64,000 bases of DNA from Malacoraja senta (taxonomy: Eukaryota), in contig CM075997.1 of the NCBI GenBank assembly GCA_038087875.1, positions 3,226,001 to 3,290,000 of the forward strand, in the 5' to 3' direction. Positions 62,375 through 64,000 of the stretch are shown piece by piece. How positions within the stretch are numbered: the first letter of the stretch is position 1; every line of letters begins with the position of its first letter. The notes below the pieces were generated by a model, which saw nothing but the letters and a program-made list of their open reading frames with translations, did not search any database and was not told the origin of the DNA. The position numbers and the translations under genes were made by a program.

Positions 62375-62489
62375 GGTCCACTGAAACCGCCGCCCTCTTT
62401 TTGCAGTTTAGTTTAGAGATACAGCGTGGAAACGGCCCACTGAGTCCAAATTACAAACCTGGATGATCAGCAATGTTCATAATGATCTC

Positions 62490-62763
62490 ACCGACCATCA
62501 TCGGCTCTGACCTCCCCACCATCGAGGGGATCTACCACAGTCGCTGCCTCAAAAAGGCTGGCAGCATCATCAAGGACCCACACCATCCTGGCCACACACT
62601 CATCTCCCCGCTGCCTTCAGGTAGAAGGTACAGGAGCCTGAAATCTGCAACATCCAGGTTCAGGAACAGCTACTTCCCCACAGCCATCAGACTACTAAAC
62701 TCAACTCAAACAAAAATCTGAACTTTAATAGCCTATTGCACTTATATATATATATATATATAT

Positions 62764-62794
<31 letters not shown>

Positions 62795-62797
62795 ATA

Positions 62798-62863
<66 letters not shown>

Positions 62864-63200
62864 GTGTGCGTGTGTGTGCGTGTGTGTGCGTGTGTGTGCG
62901 CGTGTGTGCGCGCGTGTATGTGTGCGTGTGCATGTGTGTGTATGTGTGTTTTTGTGTGCGTGTGCATGTGCGTGTGTGTGTATGTATATGTATATGTATA
63001 TACACACACATATATATACATACACATATATAGATATAGATATAGATATAGATACACATATACACATATGTGACATATATATATATTCAGTGGTATTCTG
63101 TTCTGTTCTGTATTCATGCCTACAATATTCTGTTGTGCTGAAGCAATGCAAGAATTTCATTGTCCTATTTGGGACACATGACAATAAACTCTCTTGAATC
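62490..63200 (+). mobile_element. Rex1/Babar-type LINE 3' fragment with an expanded internal microsatellite
   Basis: IIGSDLPTIEGIYHSRCLKKAGSIIKDPHHPGHTLISPLPSGRRYRSL. Confidence 0.85.
62744..63090. repeat. (TA)n/(TG)n compound microsatellite
   Basis: Direct reading. Confidence 0.95.
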
Positions 63201-64000
63201 TTGGCGGTGCTGGCTCGAAGGGCCTTGTGGCCTTCTCCTGCACCTATTTACAATGTTTCTGTGTTAAGAGGTGATGCAAGTCACTGGGCACTCGGGCTTG
63301 TTACAGGTCAAAATCAGGGAACATTCATTTCATTTAGTTTGGATACAGTACGGATACAGGCCCTTTGACCAGCGATCCCCGCACATTAACACTATCCTAC
63401 ACACACTGCGGAATGTCACAGGGTTGTGGGTATTTGGAACGAGCTGCCAGAGGTGGTTTAGTTTAGAGATACAGCGTGGAAACAGTGTAGGAAGGAACTG
63501 CAGATGCTGGTTTGCACCGAAGACAGACACAAAATGCTGGCATAACTCAATGGGACAGGCAGCAACTCTGAAGAGAGGGAAAGGGTGGCGTTTCAGATTG
63601 AAGAAGGGTCTCAACGCGAAACGTTGTCCATTCCTTCTCTCCGGAGATGCTACCTGTCCCGCTGAGTTACTCCCGCATTTTGTGTCTGTCTTCAGCGTGG
63701 AAACAGGCCCTTTGTCCCAGCGAGTCTGCACCGACCAACAATGACCCCATACAAGGTAGACAAAAATGCTGGAGAAACTCTGCGGGCGCAGCAGCATCTA
63801 TGGAGCGAAGGAAATAGGCAACGTTTCGGGACGAAACCCGGAAGGAAATAGGCAACGTTTCGGGCCGAAACCCGGAAGGGATTCGGCCCGAAACGTTGCC
63901 TATTTCCTTCGCTCCATAGATGCTGCTGCACCCGCCGAGTTTCTCCAGCATTTTTGTCTACCTTCGATTTTCCAGCATCTGCAGTTCCTTCTTAAACCAA

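Overview
Vertebrate genomic DNA, very repeat-rich. The repeat complement (HE1-type tRNA-derived SINEs with (CTAAA)n tails, CR1, L2, Rex1/Babar and Tx1 LINE fragments, Penelope-derived palindromic elements, MITEs) points to a cartilaginous fish, most likely a skate or ray; this is an inference. Two protein-coding genes lie in tandem on the minus strand, in the same order as in mammals. Periaxin (PRX) has PDZ exons at 43414-43569 and 41646-41839, a giant last exon at 34715-40990, and an apparently coding N-terminal extension. HIPK4 has a large kinase/C-terminal exon at 16057-17213 and a last exon at 11754-11933; its 5' coding exon(s) are not visible and may lie in the 200-N gap at 24291-24490. 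PRX carries about 10 single-base indels, mostly in homopolymer runs, which look like assembly errors. Other notable points: many hammerhead-like cores in Penelope-derived repeats, an inverted ~0.6 kb duplication bracketing most of PRX, a candidate compact NF-kB/TATA small-ORF unit, tandem splice donors in HIPK4, and several TIR/TSD-defined MITEs. I did not find a clearly novel biological system. Family calls come from motif recognition, not database searches.
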